A stretch of 64,000 nt of DNA from NCBI GenBank assembly GCA_963707985.1, contig CAVPRW010000045.1, positions 192,001 through 256,000 on the forward strand. Direction: 5' to 3'. Position numbers and translations under genes: made by a program. Each line of letters begins with the position of its first letter. The stretch's first letter is position 1. Shown here one piece after another: positions 30,646 to 41,506 of the stretch. The stretch is from an uncultured Nitrospinota bacterium. GTDB lineage: Bacteria > Tectomicrobia > Entotheonellia > J063 > CAVPRW01. The notes below the pieces were generated by a model. That model had not been told where the DNA came from. It saw nothing but the letters and a program-made list of their open reading frames with translations, and searched no databases.

Positions 30646-31704
30646 ATGCAGCTAGACGAATGCGATTACCATCTCCCTGCTGAGCTGGTCGCCCAGCAAC
30701 CTTTGAAGGTTCGCGACCATGCCCGTATGCTGGTGGTGGACCGGACCCAGTCGGGCCTGGTGCACGCGCAAGTCCGCGATCTTGTCACGCTTCTGACGTC
30801 GCAGGATGTACTGGTGGTCAATGACACTAAAGTGTTTCCGGCCCGCTTGCTCGGGCGGCGGCGGGATACCGGCGGCAGAGTGGAAATCTTGCTTGTGCGA
30901 CGAGAGGGGGCTCGGCAGTGGCAGGCGCTGGTCAAACCATCATCGCGCCTAGGCGTGGGCGCCGAGGTGATCTTCGAGGCCAGCGACTGGATTGCGGTCA
31001 TCGGTGCAACAGATGCTGCCGGGACACGCCAGGTCGAGTTTCGTGGCCGAGGTAGCTTGCATGTCTGGTTGAGGCGTGCTGGACGTGTGCCTCTCCCGCC
31101 CTACATTACACGCCCCAATGGTGACGACGCCGCGACTAGCGCGGCCGCCCTGAGCGATCGTCGGCGCTATCAAACCGTCTATGCCAAGCATCAGGGCTCC
31201 GTAGCGGCTCCGACTGCGGGCCTCCATCTCACGCGTGCTCTGTTACGTCGACTGCAGGAGCAGGGCGTCGAGGTTCAGGCGATCACTCTCCATGTAGGGC
31301 CAGGGACGTTTCGACCACTGCGTAGTCCTACAATCGAATCCCATATCATGGAAGCGGAGCACTACTGGATTCCCCCCGCTACCGCTGCAGCCCTCGAGGC
31401 TGCCAAGGCAACGGGCAAGCGCCTGATCGCCGTGGGCACCACGACCACGCGTGCGCTGGAATCGGCGGCTGATGCAAACGGACGGATGTGTCACCTGGAG
31501 GGCGATACCGCCCTATTCATCTATCCAGGCTACCGATTCAAGATGGTCGATAGCCTCTTGACGAATTTTCACTTGCCGCGCTCGACACCGTTACTCCTCA
31601 CAATGGCCCTGGCGGGGCGTGAGCGGATCTTCGCTGCATACGGCGAAGCTATCGCCCAGCGCTATCGCTTCTATAGTTTCGGTGACGCGATGCTGATTCG
31701 CTGA
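30646..31704 (+). CDS. queA: S-adenosylmethionine:tRNA ribosyltransferase-isomerase
   Basis: DYHLPAELVAQ, VVNDTKVFPAR, PLPPYI, YQTVYA, AAPTAGLH, LHVGPGTF, TNFHLP and YRFYSFGDAM. Confidence 0.97.
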   Translation: MQLDECDYHLPAELVAQQPLKVRDHARMLVVDRTQSGLVHAQVRDLVTLLTSQDVLVVNDTKVFPARLLGRRRDTGGRVEILLVRREGARQWQALVKPSSRLGVGAEVIFEASDWIAVIGATDAAGTRQVEFRGRGSLHVWLRRAGRVPLPPYITRPNGDDAATSAAALSDRRRYQTVYAKHQGSVAAPTAGLHLTRALLRRLQEQGVEVQAITLHVGPGTFRPLRSPTIESHIMEAEHYWIPPATAAALEAAKATGKRLIAVGTTTTRALESAADANGRMCHLEGDTALFIYPGYRFKMVDSLLTNFHLPRSTPLLLTMALAGRERIFAAYGEAIAQRYRFYSFGDAMLIR

Positions 31705-32042
31705 GCGCCACGTCAGTCCCGTGTGCTCATTTCCCGACCTTGTGCGCCTTTGCATTGCCCTTGCCAGCCAGGTTTGGGAGAGCGGCAAAGCCGCGATGGG
31801 GCTTGGTTTTGCCAAGATTTTGCTTGCCCGATGATGGGTAGGTGTGGTAGGGTTTGAACACGCAGTAAGCGATGCCGATGCGTCAGCGCTCGCAACGCTG
31901 CGGATACCCGATTATTTGAGGGTCGTCAATGGGCGAGATGGCAGGTGATGTCGGTCAGGTATTGACTGTTCCCCCGGTGGTGGTCGCTTCGAAACATTCG
32001 CCCCTCTGGTATCCTCGTAGAGCTGCGTCGTCCGACTCAGCG

Positions 32043-34695
32043 ATGACCGCGATAAGCCGCACAGCTGTGAGGCCTCGTAAGTCCGCCGCGAAGCCGCAGC
32101 GGTTCATTCTTGACAATGGCCTCACCGTGCTCCTGCAGGAAAACCACAGCGCGCCTGTGGTCGCCTTGAATATGTGGGTACAGGTTGGAAGCATCTATGA
32201 GGGAGATGCCGAGGCTGGCATCTCGCATGTATACGAACACATGCTCTTTAAGGGCACAATGACACGTGGTGTCGGGGAAATCGCCCAAGAGATCGAAGGC
32301 TCCGGTGGTGATATCAACGCCTTTACCTCGTTTGATCATACGGTCTACCACATCACCTTGGCGAGCCGATACTTGGACACCGGCCTCGCCGTCATGGCCG
32401 ATGCTATCCAGTACTCCGCCTTCGACGCCGACGAGCTACGCAAAGAGCAAGAGGTCGTGCTTGAAGAAATTAAGCGCAGTGAGGATATTCCCAGCCGTAA
32501 GTTGACCGAAGCGTTGTTTGCCACGAGCTATCAGCGCCATCCCTATCGGCGGCCGGTGATCGGTAGCGAACAGACAGTGAAAAGCTTCAGCCGAGCACAA
32601 ATTCTGAGCTTTTTCAACACCTGGTATGTGCCCAATAATATGACCCTGGTCGTCGCTGGTGATTTCGACTCTCTGGCGGTGTTGCCACGTATTCAAGCTG
32701 CCTTTCAGGATTTTCAACCACGGACGCTACCTCCGCTGGAGATTCTCCAGGAGCCGTCGCAAGGTGAACTGCGCACGGTCACTCTCGCCGATGATATTCA
32801 AGAAACACTCTTGGATGTCGCCTATCATGTTCCAGGAGTGCTGCACAAAGATAGTGCTGCCATTGATCTCCTGGCATTTATTCTTGGTGGCGGTGAAAGC
32901 TCGCGTCTGTATCAAACCGTCAAAGCTGAGCAAGAGCTAGTACACGCCATCTATACGTACTCGTTTTTGCCCAAGGATCCAGGCCTCCTGGTGATTAGTG
33001 CGACGCTACAAGAGGAACGGTGGCAGAACGCGTTGAGGGGGATTTTGGCCGAAGTCGAGCGTGTACAACGCGATGGTGTTAGGACGGCTGAGCTGGACCG
33101 CGCGAAGCGAAACCTCGAAAGTGAATTTATTTATCAGCGCGAGACAGTTCAGGGGCAAGCGTCGCAATTAGGTTATTTCGGCGCTATCCTTGCCGATCTC
33201 GCCTATGAGGCGCGATATCTCAAGGCCATTGCCCGAACAACCCCACGGGATATCCAACGTGTGGTGCGGACGTATCTTGCGCCAACGAATCTCACCGTGG
33301 GGTTCTTCGTGCCGCACGCCGCTGGCATGCACGTCACTCACGAACACGTCGCGCAGACGGTCCAGGCCGGCACCGAACCGCCGAGACGGCGGCGATCGTC
33401 ACACGCCACCACTGCAGGGCATACCCGCAAATTCCTTTTGGATAACGGCATGACGCTGCTAGTGCGCGAAAACCATGCTATCCCCTTAGTGGCGATGCAG
33501 GCCGTGTTTCTCGGTGGTTTGTGGGTGGAAGATGAGGCGCATAACGGGGTAATGAATTTCGTCGCCGAAATGGTGACAAAAGGCACCGTGAATCGACGGG
33601 CGCGTGCCCTGGCCGAGGAAATTGAGTCGATGGCGGGGGATGTAGGCGGCTTCGCTGGACGGAGCAGCTTTGGGGTGTCGGCTGAGGTGCTTCGTCGTGA
33701 CCTGGATCAAGGGCTTGAACTGCTAGCTGACATTTTACGCGAGCCCACCTTCGAGCCGGATGAATTGGAGAAAAAACGGGCTGATCTGCTCGCGGCGTTG
33801 AAGCACGAAGACGATGATCTGTTCAAGGTGGCATTTACGCTCTGCGCAAAGCGCCTTTTTCCGGATCATCCCTATGGGCTAAGGGTCTTGGGCACTGCGG
33901 AGTCCGTCACACAGTTGACCCGCGACGATTTGTTCCACTGGTATCGGCGCTACGCTGTCCCCAACAACCTTGTCCTGGCCATCGTTGGCGATGTTGAGGC
34001 TGATAGCATCCACCATGCCGTCAACCGGCTGTTCAGGTCGTGGCAACCAGTACCGCTCGATCTCCCACCTCAGGGTAGATCGATCCGTTCGGCCGTGAAT
34101 GGCCCGGTGATCTATCAGCGCAACAAGGAACAGGCGCACATCATTGTCGGTATGCGGGGGATCAGTCTCCATCATCCCGAACGCTATGCGCTCAGGGTAC
34201 TCGAGTCCATTCTCGCGAGCCAGGGCGGGCGTTTGTTCGTCGAGTTGCGTGAGAAACAGAGCCTGGCGTACACGGTGACGGCACGGTCCTTGGAAGGGCT
34301 TGATCCGTTCATTTTTTTCGTCTATCTTGCCACCAGCCCTGAAAAAACCGCCGTGGCCCTCGATGGCATTAGAGAAGAGCTGCTTCGAGTGCGGGAGCAG
34401 GGGGCAACCACCCAGGAGATTGAGCGTGCCAAGCGCTATCTCGTAGGGAACTACGAGATAGAGATACAGAAGAATAGCGCGCTGGCAGCCATGCTGGCGT
34501 TCGATGAACGTTATGGTTTGGGTTGTCAGGAGGTGGAGACTTACACGGAGAACATTATGGCCATCACGCCAGAGATGGTCCAACACGTTGCTCGTACGTA
34601 TCTTGACGGTCGATCAGTCAGCGGTGGTGATTGTCGGTCCAGCTCCCGCCGGAGGGACGGTAGATGACTTTTCTGCGGCGAGGGTCGTATCTTGA
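32043..34695 (+). CDS. M16 (pitrilysin/insulinase) zinc peptidase, tandem-fused; probable frameshift at ~34608
   Basis: Inverted zinc motif HVYEH and NAFTS, with a second LDNGM repeat. The alternative frame gives the typical end VDQSAVVIVGP and a stop at 34695. Confidence 0.9.
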
Positions 34696-34720
34696 CTTGC
34701 CCGGGGGGCTATGTTACTTT
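34692..34720 (+). promoter_or_regulatory. Sigma70 promoter of the proteasome operon
   Basis: TTGACT-17 nt-TACTTT with TG extension; GAGGAGGT RBS before arc. Confidence 0.55.
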
Positions 34721-34777
34721 TTATTGGAAGGGAAGACCCTTGAGAGGTGCCAAGGCCTGAAGAGGAGATGAGGAGGT

Positions 34778-36601
34778 ATGGATAACCCAAACGATCAGGA
34801 AAAAACGGGTTTCATCAAAGATACTATGCGTAAATTTTCCCTACACATCCCCGGGAGTGAGTCCTCTCTGGCCGGAAAAATCAGCCAATATGAAGCTGAA
34901 ATCGGTAAATTACAAGATCAAATTAAGACGTTAGAAGATGAATCAGAAGGTCTCTTACGCAATCTCGAAAAAACCATCAACCAGTATGAAGTGTTGAAGC
35001 GTAAGTATTATCAAACCAGCGAGCAGATGAATAGTGGCCGGAAGCAAAATGAGAAGCTTGCTGCGGCTCTCCAGGAAGCCAAGAATCAAATCGTCGCGCT
35101 GAAAGAGGAAATCGATAAGCTTTGTGCACCTCCTAATAGCTATGGAACATTTCGTAAATCTAATGAGGATGGCACGATTGACATCAGTGTGGATGGGCGG
35201 ACACTGAAAGTTAATGTGCATCCGAAGATCGACATCAAAGAACTGCATGAGGGGCAACTGGTCATTCTGAATGAAGCCTATAATGTGATCGAGGTGTCCG
35301 GTTACGAAGTGAAAGGTGAAGTCGTTCACATTAAGGATTTCATTGACGACAATCGTGCCATCGTCATTGGTCGTGCCGACGAAGAAATGGTGATCCAGCT
35401 CTCGGATCCTCTCAAGCGTGACGGCATGAAGATCGGTGACAATGTGTTGCTTGATCCACGCTCAGGTTATGCGGTGGAACGTATACCCAAATCTGACGTG
35501 GAGGAGGTCGTCCTCGAAGAGGTGCCCAACGTTACCTATGACGATATCGGCGGATTAGGGGATCAGATCGAGGCCCTACGAGATGCTATCGAGCTGCCCT
35601 ACCTCTATCCGGAGGAATTCAGGGAACATCGGCTGAGCCCGCCGAAAGGCATCCTGCTGTATGGACCTCCAGGGTGTGGGAAGACGTTGATTGCTAAGGC
35701 TGTGGCCAACAGCTTGGCGGGAAAATCGAAAAACGCACCGGCAAGAAAACCTCCGCCTACTTCCTCAATGTCAAGGGCCCTGAGCTGCTCAATAAGTATG
35801 TTGGCGAAACCGAGCATAAGATCCGCGAGGTGTTCAAGAAGGCCAAAGAGAAGGCCAACGAAGACCAACCGGTGATTGTCTTCTTCGACGAGATGGATTC
35901 GATTTTCCGCATGCGCGGCTCAGGTATTTCGTCCGACGTGGAAATCACCGTAGTGGCCCAATTCCTGTCTGAGATCGATGGGCTCGAAGCTCTGCGCAAT
36001 GTTATCGTCATTGGTGCCAGCAACCGCCAGGATTTGATCGACCCTGCTGTTCTGCGGCCGGGTCGCCTCGACCTGAAGATCAAGATCGACCGTCCAGATA
36101 AAGACGCGGCACGCGATATTTTCTCTAAATATCTTACGTCTAACCTGCCGATCCACCAGGCCGGAACTCGAGTCTGTCGGCGGGGATCGGGAGAAGGCCG
36201 TTCGTGTGCTGACTGAGCGCTTAGTCGAGGAGATGTATGCGCCGACGGAGCGCAATAAATTTCTGGAGGTGACCTATGCCAAGGGCGACAAAGAGATATT
36301 TTACTTCAAAGACTTCGCCAGTGGTGCTATGATCGAAAACATCATCGCTCGGGCTAAGAAGGTCGCTCTTAAGCGGTATATCAGTGGTGGAGAGAAAGGC
36401 CTAGCGTTTGTCGATCTGCAGGAGGCGGTCGAGGGGGAGTATAAGGAAAATGAGGACCTCCCGAATACGACTAACCCGGATGATTGGGCCCGGATTTCGG
36501 GTCGTAAAGGCGAGAAGATCATCAACGTGCGTACGTTGATGAGTGGGAGTTCGCCGAAGTTGCGTTCGATCGAGGACATTTCCGGAGGGCAGTATCTATA
36601 G
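34778..36601 (+). CDS. arc: Proteasome ATPase ARC/Mpa (2 frameshifts at ~35720 and ~36162)
   Basis: N-terminal coiled coil + PP, OB domains, [54 protein letters not shown] and C-terminal GQYL. Confidence 0.95.
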
Positions 36602-36719
36602 GGCAACGAGGTGGAGCGATAGCCCCATGTTAGATGATTTGCTACTCTGACATTCCTCCTGACGATGGGTGTATCAACCAGTGGTTTCCGGACCCTAGTA
36701 CCGGCAGAGGGTTTACGAT

Positions 36720-38208
36720 ATGGCTATTCCGAAAATTCTGGGGACGGAGACCGAATATGGCATCATTGGACGTCAGGACCCTGATTTCGACCCAATCTCG
36801 CGGACGCTGTTGCTGATCAATAGCTATCAATGCGAGATGCCCCCTCCATCCCTTTGGGACTATACGCAAGAATCGCTCCGCTTCGATCCGCAGGCGATCT
36901 CCTTCGATGACATTTATGACATCCCCGACCAACTCGATCCCCTAATCATTAACAAAGTCCTCGAAAATGGGGCGAGGTATTACTTGGATCATGCACATCC
37001 TGAGTATGCAACGCCTGAATGCGCGAACATCCACGATCTCGTCTGCTACGAAAAGGCCGGCGATCGTATTCTCGATCACAGCCGCGTCGCTGCGGAGCAT
37101 GTCCTGACGGGTAGGCAGCAGATCCTTGCTCTACAAAAATAACAGCGATCATAAGGGCAACAGCTACGGCTATCACGAGAATTACCTGCTCGATCGCAGT
37201 ACACCTTTTCGTTTGATTGTTGAGCACTTCACCCCCTTCATCGTGAGCCGCCAGATTTTTTGCGGGGCGGGCAAGGTGGGGGCCGAGAATAACACGGCGT
37301 CCACGGCCTACCAAATCTCGCAGCGTGCCGATTTTTTTGAGACGGAAGTGGGCTTGGACACCATGGTCAAACGCCCTCTCATCAATACGCGTGATGAGCC
37401 GCACGCCAGTCGTGAGAAGTATCGGCGGTTGCATGTGATCGTTGGTGATGCCAATATGTCGGAATATGCGCTGTACCTGAAACTAGGTGCCACTGCGCTT
37501 GTGCTTGCCATGATCGAAGATGACTTTCTTCCGCGCACGTTCGCGTTGAGGGATCCAGTTGCCACGCTCAAGGGAATTTCCCGTGATTTGACCTGCCGGC
37601 AACCAGTGCAGTTGGATGATGGCAGTACCATCAGTCCGATCGCGTTACAGTGGGAGTATTGGGCTGCGGCAGAGCGATACTGTGCGACGTTCCCCGTTGA
37701 GCCTTGGGGACTCGATGTCCTGCGAAAATGGGCCTATGTGCTCTATCATTTGGAGCAAGATCCATTGTCGCTAGCTCGGGAGCTCGACTGGGTCATCAAG
37801 TTGCGGCTGCTCACCTCCTACATGGACCGCTATGGGTGTAACTGGGACAGCGCCCAGGTAACGATGCTCGATTTGCAATATCACGATATCCGTCGCGAGA
37901 AAGGTCTGTATTACGTGCTCGAGCGTCGCGGCGAGGTGGAGCGTATCGTGACCGATGCGGAGATCGAGCGTGCTGTTGACGAGCCGCCAGTCGATACGCG
38001 CGCCTACCTCCGAGGGATGTGTCTGAAAAAGTTCCGGCAGCAAGTGTTCAGCGTCAATTGGGACTCGTTAGCGTTCAATCTTGACGAAGGGGACATCAGA
38101 CGTATTGCCCTTGACGATCCCTTACAGGGGACTAAAGCCCAGGTTGCCAAGGCCATCGAGGCCGCGGCAAGTGCGACCGAGTTACTGGCCGCCCTTTCTG
38201 AAACCTAG
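36720..38208 (+). CDS. dop: Pup deamidase/depupylase (frameshift at ~37125)
   Basis: GTETEYG, NGARYYLDHAHPEY, YKNNSDHKGNSYGYHENY, QRADFFETEVGLDT, INTRDEPHA, DLQYHD and DTRAY. Confidence 0.93.
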
Positions 38209-38324
38209 CCAAGCAGAGGGAGGGAGCAATGATGATTCATACGCGGAACTCACGGACACGGTCAGAGGAGATGTTGGAGGTTATGGTTTCCGAGGAACAC
38301 GGATCCTTAACTAGGATAGTCGGA

Positions 38325-38525
38325 ATGGCCGCTGGTGATCAGAAACAAGTGCGGCGCTCAGATGCTCCTCAGGACACGGCGGAGGCCAAACCCGCAAGCA
38401 ATATTAAAGAACGTGGCGAAACATTAAAGGAAGACCTTGATCGCATTATTGATGAAATCGATGAGGTGCTCGAGGAAAACGCGGAGGAATTCGTGAAGAA
38501 CTATGTCCAGCGAGGAGGAGAGTGA
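38325..38525 (+). CDS. pup: Prokaryotic ubiquitin-like protein Pup (start could be 38229/38232)
   Basis: DLDRIIDEIDEVLEENAEEFVKNYVQRGGE C-terminus, located between dop and prcB. Confidence 0.95.
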   Translation: MAAGDQKQVRRSDAPQDTAEAKPASNIKERGETLKEDLDRIIDEIDEVLEENAEEFVKNYVQRGGE

Positions 38526-38526
38526 G

Positions 38527-39315
38527 GTGGAAATCACCCTCACGGGACATGGGTCAAGTTTTTATGATTTCGTCCACGTTGAGCACGGCTATCTTTTGCC
38601 CCGCTTTCATGTGCCTGAGGGTGGTGGGGCTCCGTCTTTTGCCCAGCCCCCCCACGGCACCACAATCTTGGCATTGAAATACCTCGATGGGGTTGTTATT
38701 GCCGCCGATCGACAGGCGACCGAGGGCTATCAAGTTGCCTCACGGCATATTGAGAAAGTCTATAAGGCTGACGAATACTCCGCGATTGCCATCGCCGGAG
38801 CCGCCGGTCCCTGCATCGAAATGGTTAAGCTATTCCAGGTCGAGCTGGAGCATTATGAAAAGTTAGAAGGCGAAGTGCTCGCCCTTGAAGGCAAAGCTAA
38901 TAAGCTGGCGCAGATGGTGCGGCAGAACTTGCCTGCTGCATTCCAAGGACTGGTTGTTATCCCGATATTCGCGGGGTATGATCTCCGTAAAAGTGAGGGG
39001 CGGATTTTTAAGTACGATATTACCGGCGGCAGATACGAAGAGGGCGACTATTATTCAACCGGCTCGGGTGGTAAAGATGCCCGTAATACCCTGAAGAAGT
39101 TTTTCCGCACGGGTATGACGCGCGAGCAGGCCGTGCGTTTGGCGCTTGAGGCGTTACTTGATGCGTCTGAAGAAGACGTCGCGACAGGGGGACCGGATCC
39201 AGTTCGGGGTATCTATCCCAGTGTCAAGATCGTTGCCCAGACGGGCACTAATGATTTGCCTGAAGACGAGATTCGCCAGATGTGCGAGGCGCTACTGAGC
39301 GAGCGAAGAAGGTGA
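38527..39315 (+). CDS. prcB: 20S proteasome beta subunit
   Basis: Propeptide SSFYDF...HG|TT, AADRQATEG, ELEHYEKLEG, GSG and DVATGGPD. Confidence 0.95.
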   Translation: MEITLTGHGSSFYDFVHVEHGYLLPRFHVPEGGGAPSFAQPPHGTTILALKYLDGVVIAADRQATEGYQVASRHIEKVYKADEYSAIAIAGAAGPCIEMVKLFQVELEHYEKLEGEVLALEGKANKLAQMVRQNLPAAFQGLVVIPIFAGYDLRKSEGRIFKYDITGGRYEEGDYYSTGSGGKDARNTLKKFFRTGMTREQAVRLALEALLDASEEDVATGGPDPVRGIYPSVKIVAQTGTNDLPEDEIRQMCEALLSERRR

Positions 39316-39319
39316 GACG

Positions 39320-40018
39320 ATGGCTATTCCGTTTTACGTCGCGCCTGACCAAATGGTTCAGGATAAGGCTGAGTATGCTCGGAAGGGTATCGCCAAGGGG
39401 AAGTCTATTGTTGCCATGGAATCTGCCGTGGGAATTACCCTCGTGGCGGAAAATCCTAGTGCCTCGCTCAACAAGATCTCGGAAATTTATGATCGCATCG
39501 GTTTCGCTGGTGTTGGTAAGTACAGTGAGTTCGAAAACCTGCGCAAAGCTGGGATCCGCTATGCCGACCTCAAGGGCTATGCCTACAGTCGCGAAGATGT
39601 CTTTTCAAAGTCGTTGGCGAATGCCTATTCCGAGGTGATCGGCAACATCTTCACCCGGGAGATCAAGCCATTGGAGGTGGAGATCCTGGTGGTGGAAGTA
39701 GGTGAGACAGCGGAAGAGAATCAGATGTACCGCATCCTCTTTGACGGGAGCATCAGCGATCATCATGGTTCTGTGGTCATCGGCGGGCAGGCTGAAAAGA
39801 TCTCGCAGTTCCTCCGCGACCGATTCCGTGACGAACTCAGGCTGGAAGAGGCGATTAAACTTGGGAAAGAGGCGTTGGAGGCGGGACAAGGTGGTCCGAT
39901 TCGTGAGAACACTCTTGAAGTCGCGATACTCGATCGCGCCCGCCCTGGCCGTAAGTTTCGGCGATTTTCCGCTCTCGACCTCCGGGAGCTTCTGGCGAAA
40001 GCGAGCTTAGGCACATGA
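39320..40018 (+). CDS. prcA: 20S proteasome alpha subunit
   Basis: PFYVAPDQMVQDKAEYARKGIAKGKS, KISEIYDRIGFAGVGKYSEFENLR, KPLEVE and LEVAILDR. Confidence 0.95.
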   Translation: MAIPFYVAPDQMVQDKAEYARKGIAKGKSIVAMESAVGITLVAENPSASLNKISEIYDRIGFAGVGKYSEFENLRKAGIRYADLKGYAYSREDVFSKSLANAYSEVIGNIFTREIKPLEVEILVVEVGETAEENQMYRILFDGSISDHHGSVVIGGQAEKISQFLRDRFRDELRLEEAIKLGKEALEAGQGGPIRENTLEVAILDRARPGRKFRRFSALDLRELLAKASLGT

Positions 40019-41403
40019 AGAAGCGTATCTATGGTCTTGAGAGTGAGTATGGGATTATCTTTACCTCAGATGGTAAACGAACACTACCTGCGGAAAAGGC
40101 GGTGCGTTACCTCTTCGAGAAGCTCATTACCACGGAGGGCTTCCTGAATGTCTTTCTGGAAAATGGAGCGCGCTTTTATCTGGACACAGGCTGCCATCCA
40201 GAATATGCCACCCCGGAATGCGCAAGTCCATTAGACCTGGTCATCTATGACAAGGCGGGGGAACGCATTCTTGAGGACCTCCTGTACTATGCCGAGCAGC
40301 GACTGCGTGAGGAGGGTTTGAGCGGCAACCTGGCAATTTTTAAAAACAATACCGATTTCGTAGGCAACTCCTACGGGTGCCATGAAAACTACCTGGTGGA
40401 GCGCTCTGCCGACTTCTACGACTTGGCTGAGCAGTTGATCCCTTTTTTGGTAACGCGCCAGATTTTTGCTGGATCCGGGAAATTCTTCAAGACTCGTCGA
40501 GGCCTTGAATATTGCGTTTCGCAGCGTGCGCAGCATATTCGACAAGAGATCTCCGGTACCACAACCAACGAACGGAGTATTATTAACACCCGAGACGAAC
40601 CGCATGCCGACAAAGAAAAGTACCGCCGGCTACACATTATTGTCGGCGACTCAAACATGTCAGAATATACGACCTTCCTAAAGGTTGGTACGACAGCCCT
40701 CGTGCTCGAAATGATCGAGGACAACTTCTTGACCAAAGACTTTTCGCTCCGCAATCCTGTTCGTGCGTTAAAGGAGATTTCGCGCGATCTAACCTGCAAG
40801 CGAAAATTGCAGCTTGATGATGGTCGTAAAGCGAGTGCCTTGGAGGTCCAACAGGCCTATCTCGAACAGGCACTTACCTATTACGCCCGTAAAGGAGCTG
40901 ATCCAGAAGTCACGGACATACTGCAGAAGTGGGAGCATGTTCTGCATTGTCTTGACGACAATCCGATGGAGCTGCGACGGGAAATCGATTGGGTCATTAA
41001 GAAACACTTGGTGGAGCGGTATCTGGAAAAGCACGATCCAGAGTCCAGTGAGGACAAGGTCCTTATGCTTGATTTACAGTATCATGACATACGCACTAAC
41101 AAAGGGGTGTATTATCTGATGGAAAAGAATGGCCAGGTTGAGCGAATGGCCACGGACCCAGCCATTCAACTGGCGACCACCCATCCGCCGCAGAACACCC
41201 GCGCGAAACTGCGGGGGGAACTCATCAAACTTGCGCGTCAGAAACGTATTCCATACGATCTGGACTGGAATTATATTCGACTGGGGTATTTGTTAAATCT
41301 CTGGGTGCGTTGTAACGATCCATTCCAGGAAGAGAATGAAAAGGTGACACTCTTGAAGCGTCGACTAGAGAAGACTAACTTCAAGTACGGTTATCTGCTG
41401 TAG
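40015..41403 (+). CDS. pafA: Pup-protein ligase
   Basis: RIYGLESEYG, NVFLENGARFYLDTGCHPEYATPEC, FKNNTD..GNSYGCHENY, SQRAQHI, INTRDEPHAD and NTRAKLRG. Confidence 0.95.
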   Translation: MKKRIYGLESEYGIIFTSDGKRTLPAEKAVRYLFEKLITTEGFLNVFLENGARFYLDTGCHPEYATPECASPLDLVIYDKAGERILEDLLYYAEQRLREEGLSGNLAIFKNNTDFVGNSYGCHENYLVERSADFYDLAEQLIPFLVTRQIFAGSGKFFKTRRGLEYCVSQRAQHIRQEISGTTTNERSIINTRDEPHADKEKYRRLHIIVGDSNMSEYTTFLKVGTTALVLEMIEDNFLTKDFSLRNPVRALKEISRDLTCKRKLQLDDGRKASALEVQQAYLEQALTYYARKGADPEVTDILQKWEHVLHCLDDNPMELRREIDWVIKKHLVERYLEKHDPESSEDKVLMLDLQYHDIRTNKGVYYLMEKNGQVERMATDPAIQLATTHPPQNTRAKLRGELIKLARQKRIPYDLDWNYIRLGYLLNLWVRCNDPFQEENEKVTLLKRRLEKTNFKYGYLL

Positions 41404-41506
41404 ACTCTCCGTACAGATGGGGGAACTCTGGTCGGGCGACCCTTCTACCTCGTGAGATTGCGTGTGAAGTTTCCGATCGGCAAGCACTTGGAAGAAAATT
41501 GAGCGC

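Noticed and set aside
31784..31813. GGCAAAGCC...GGTTTTGCC hairpin as a c-di-GMP riboswitch
   Set aside because: Lacks the GNRA tetraloop/receptor and second stem; more likely a simple hairpin after queA.
35700..37140. Programmed frameshifting in arc or dop
   Set aside because: Shifts go in both directions, lack clear slippery heptamers or stimulators, and match the indel clusters in unrelated genes.
38325..38525. UBact rather than Pup
   Set aside because: The C-terminal EIDEVLEENAEEFVxxYVQxGGE is the Pup signature, and the operon order is the Pup type.
41380..41403. PafA C-terminus KYGYLL as a proteasome-docking motif
   Set aside because: Tyr is not penultimate, so it does not fit HbYX/GQYL.
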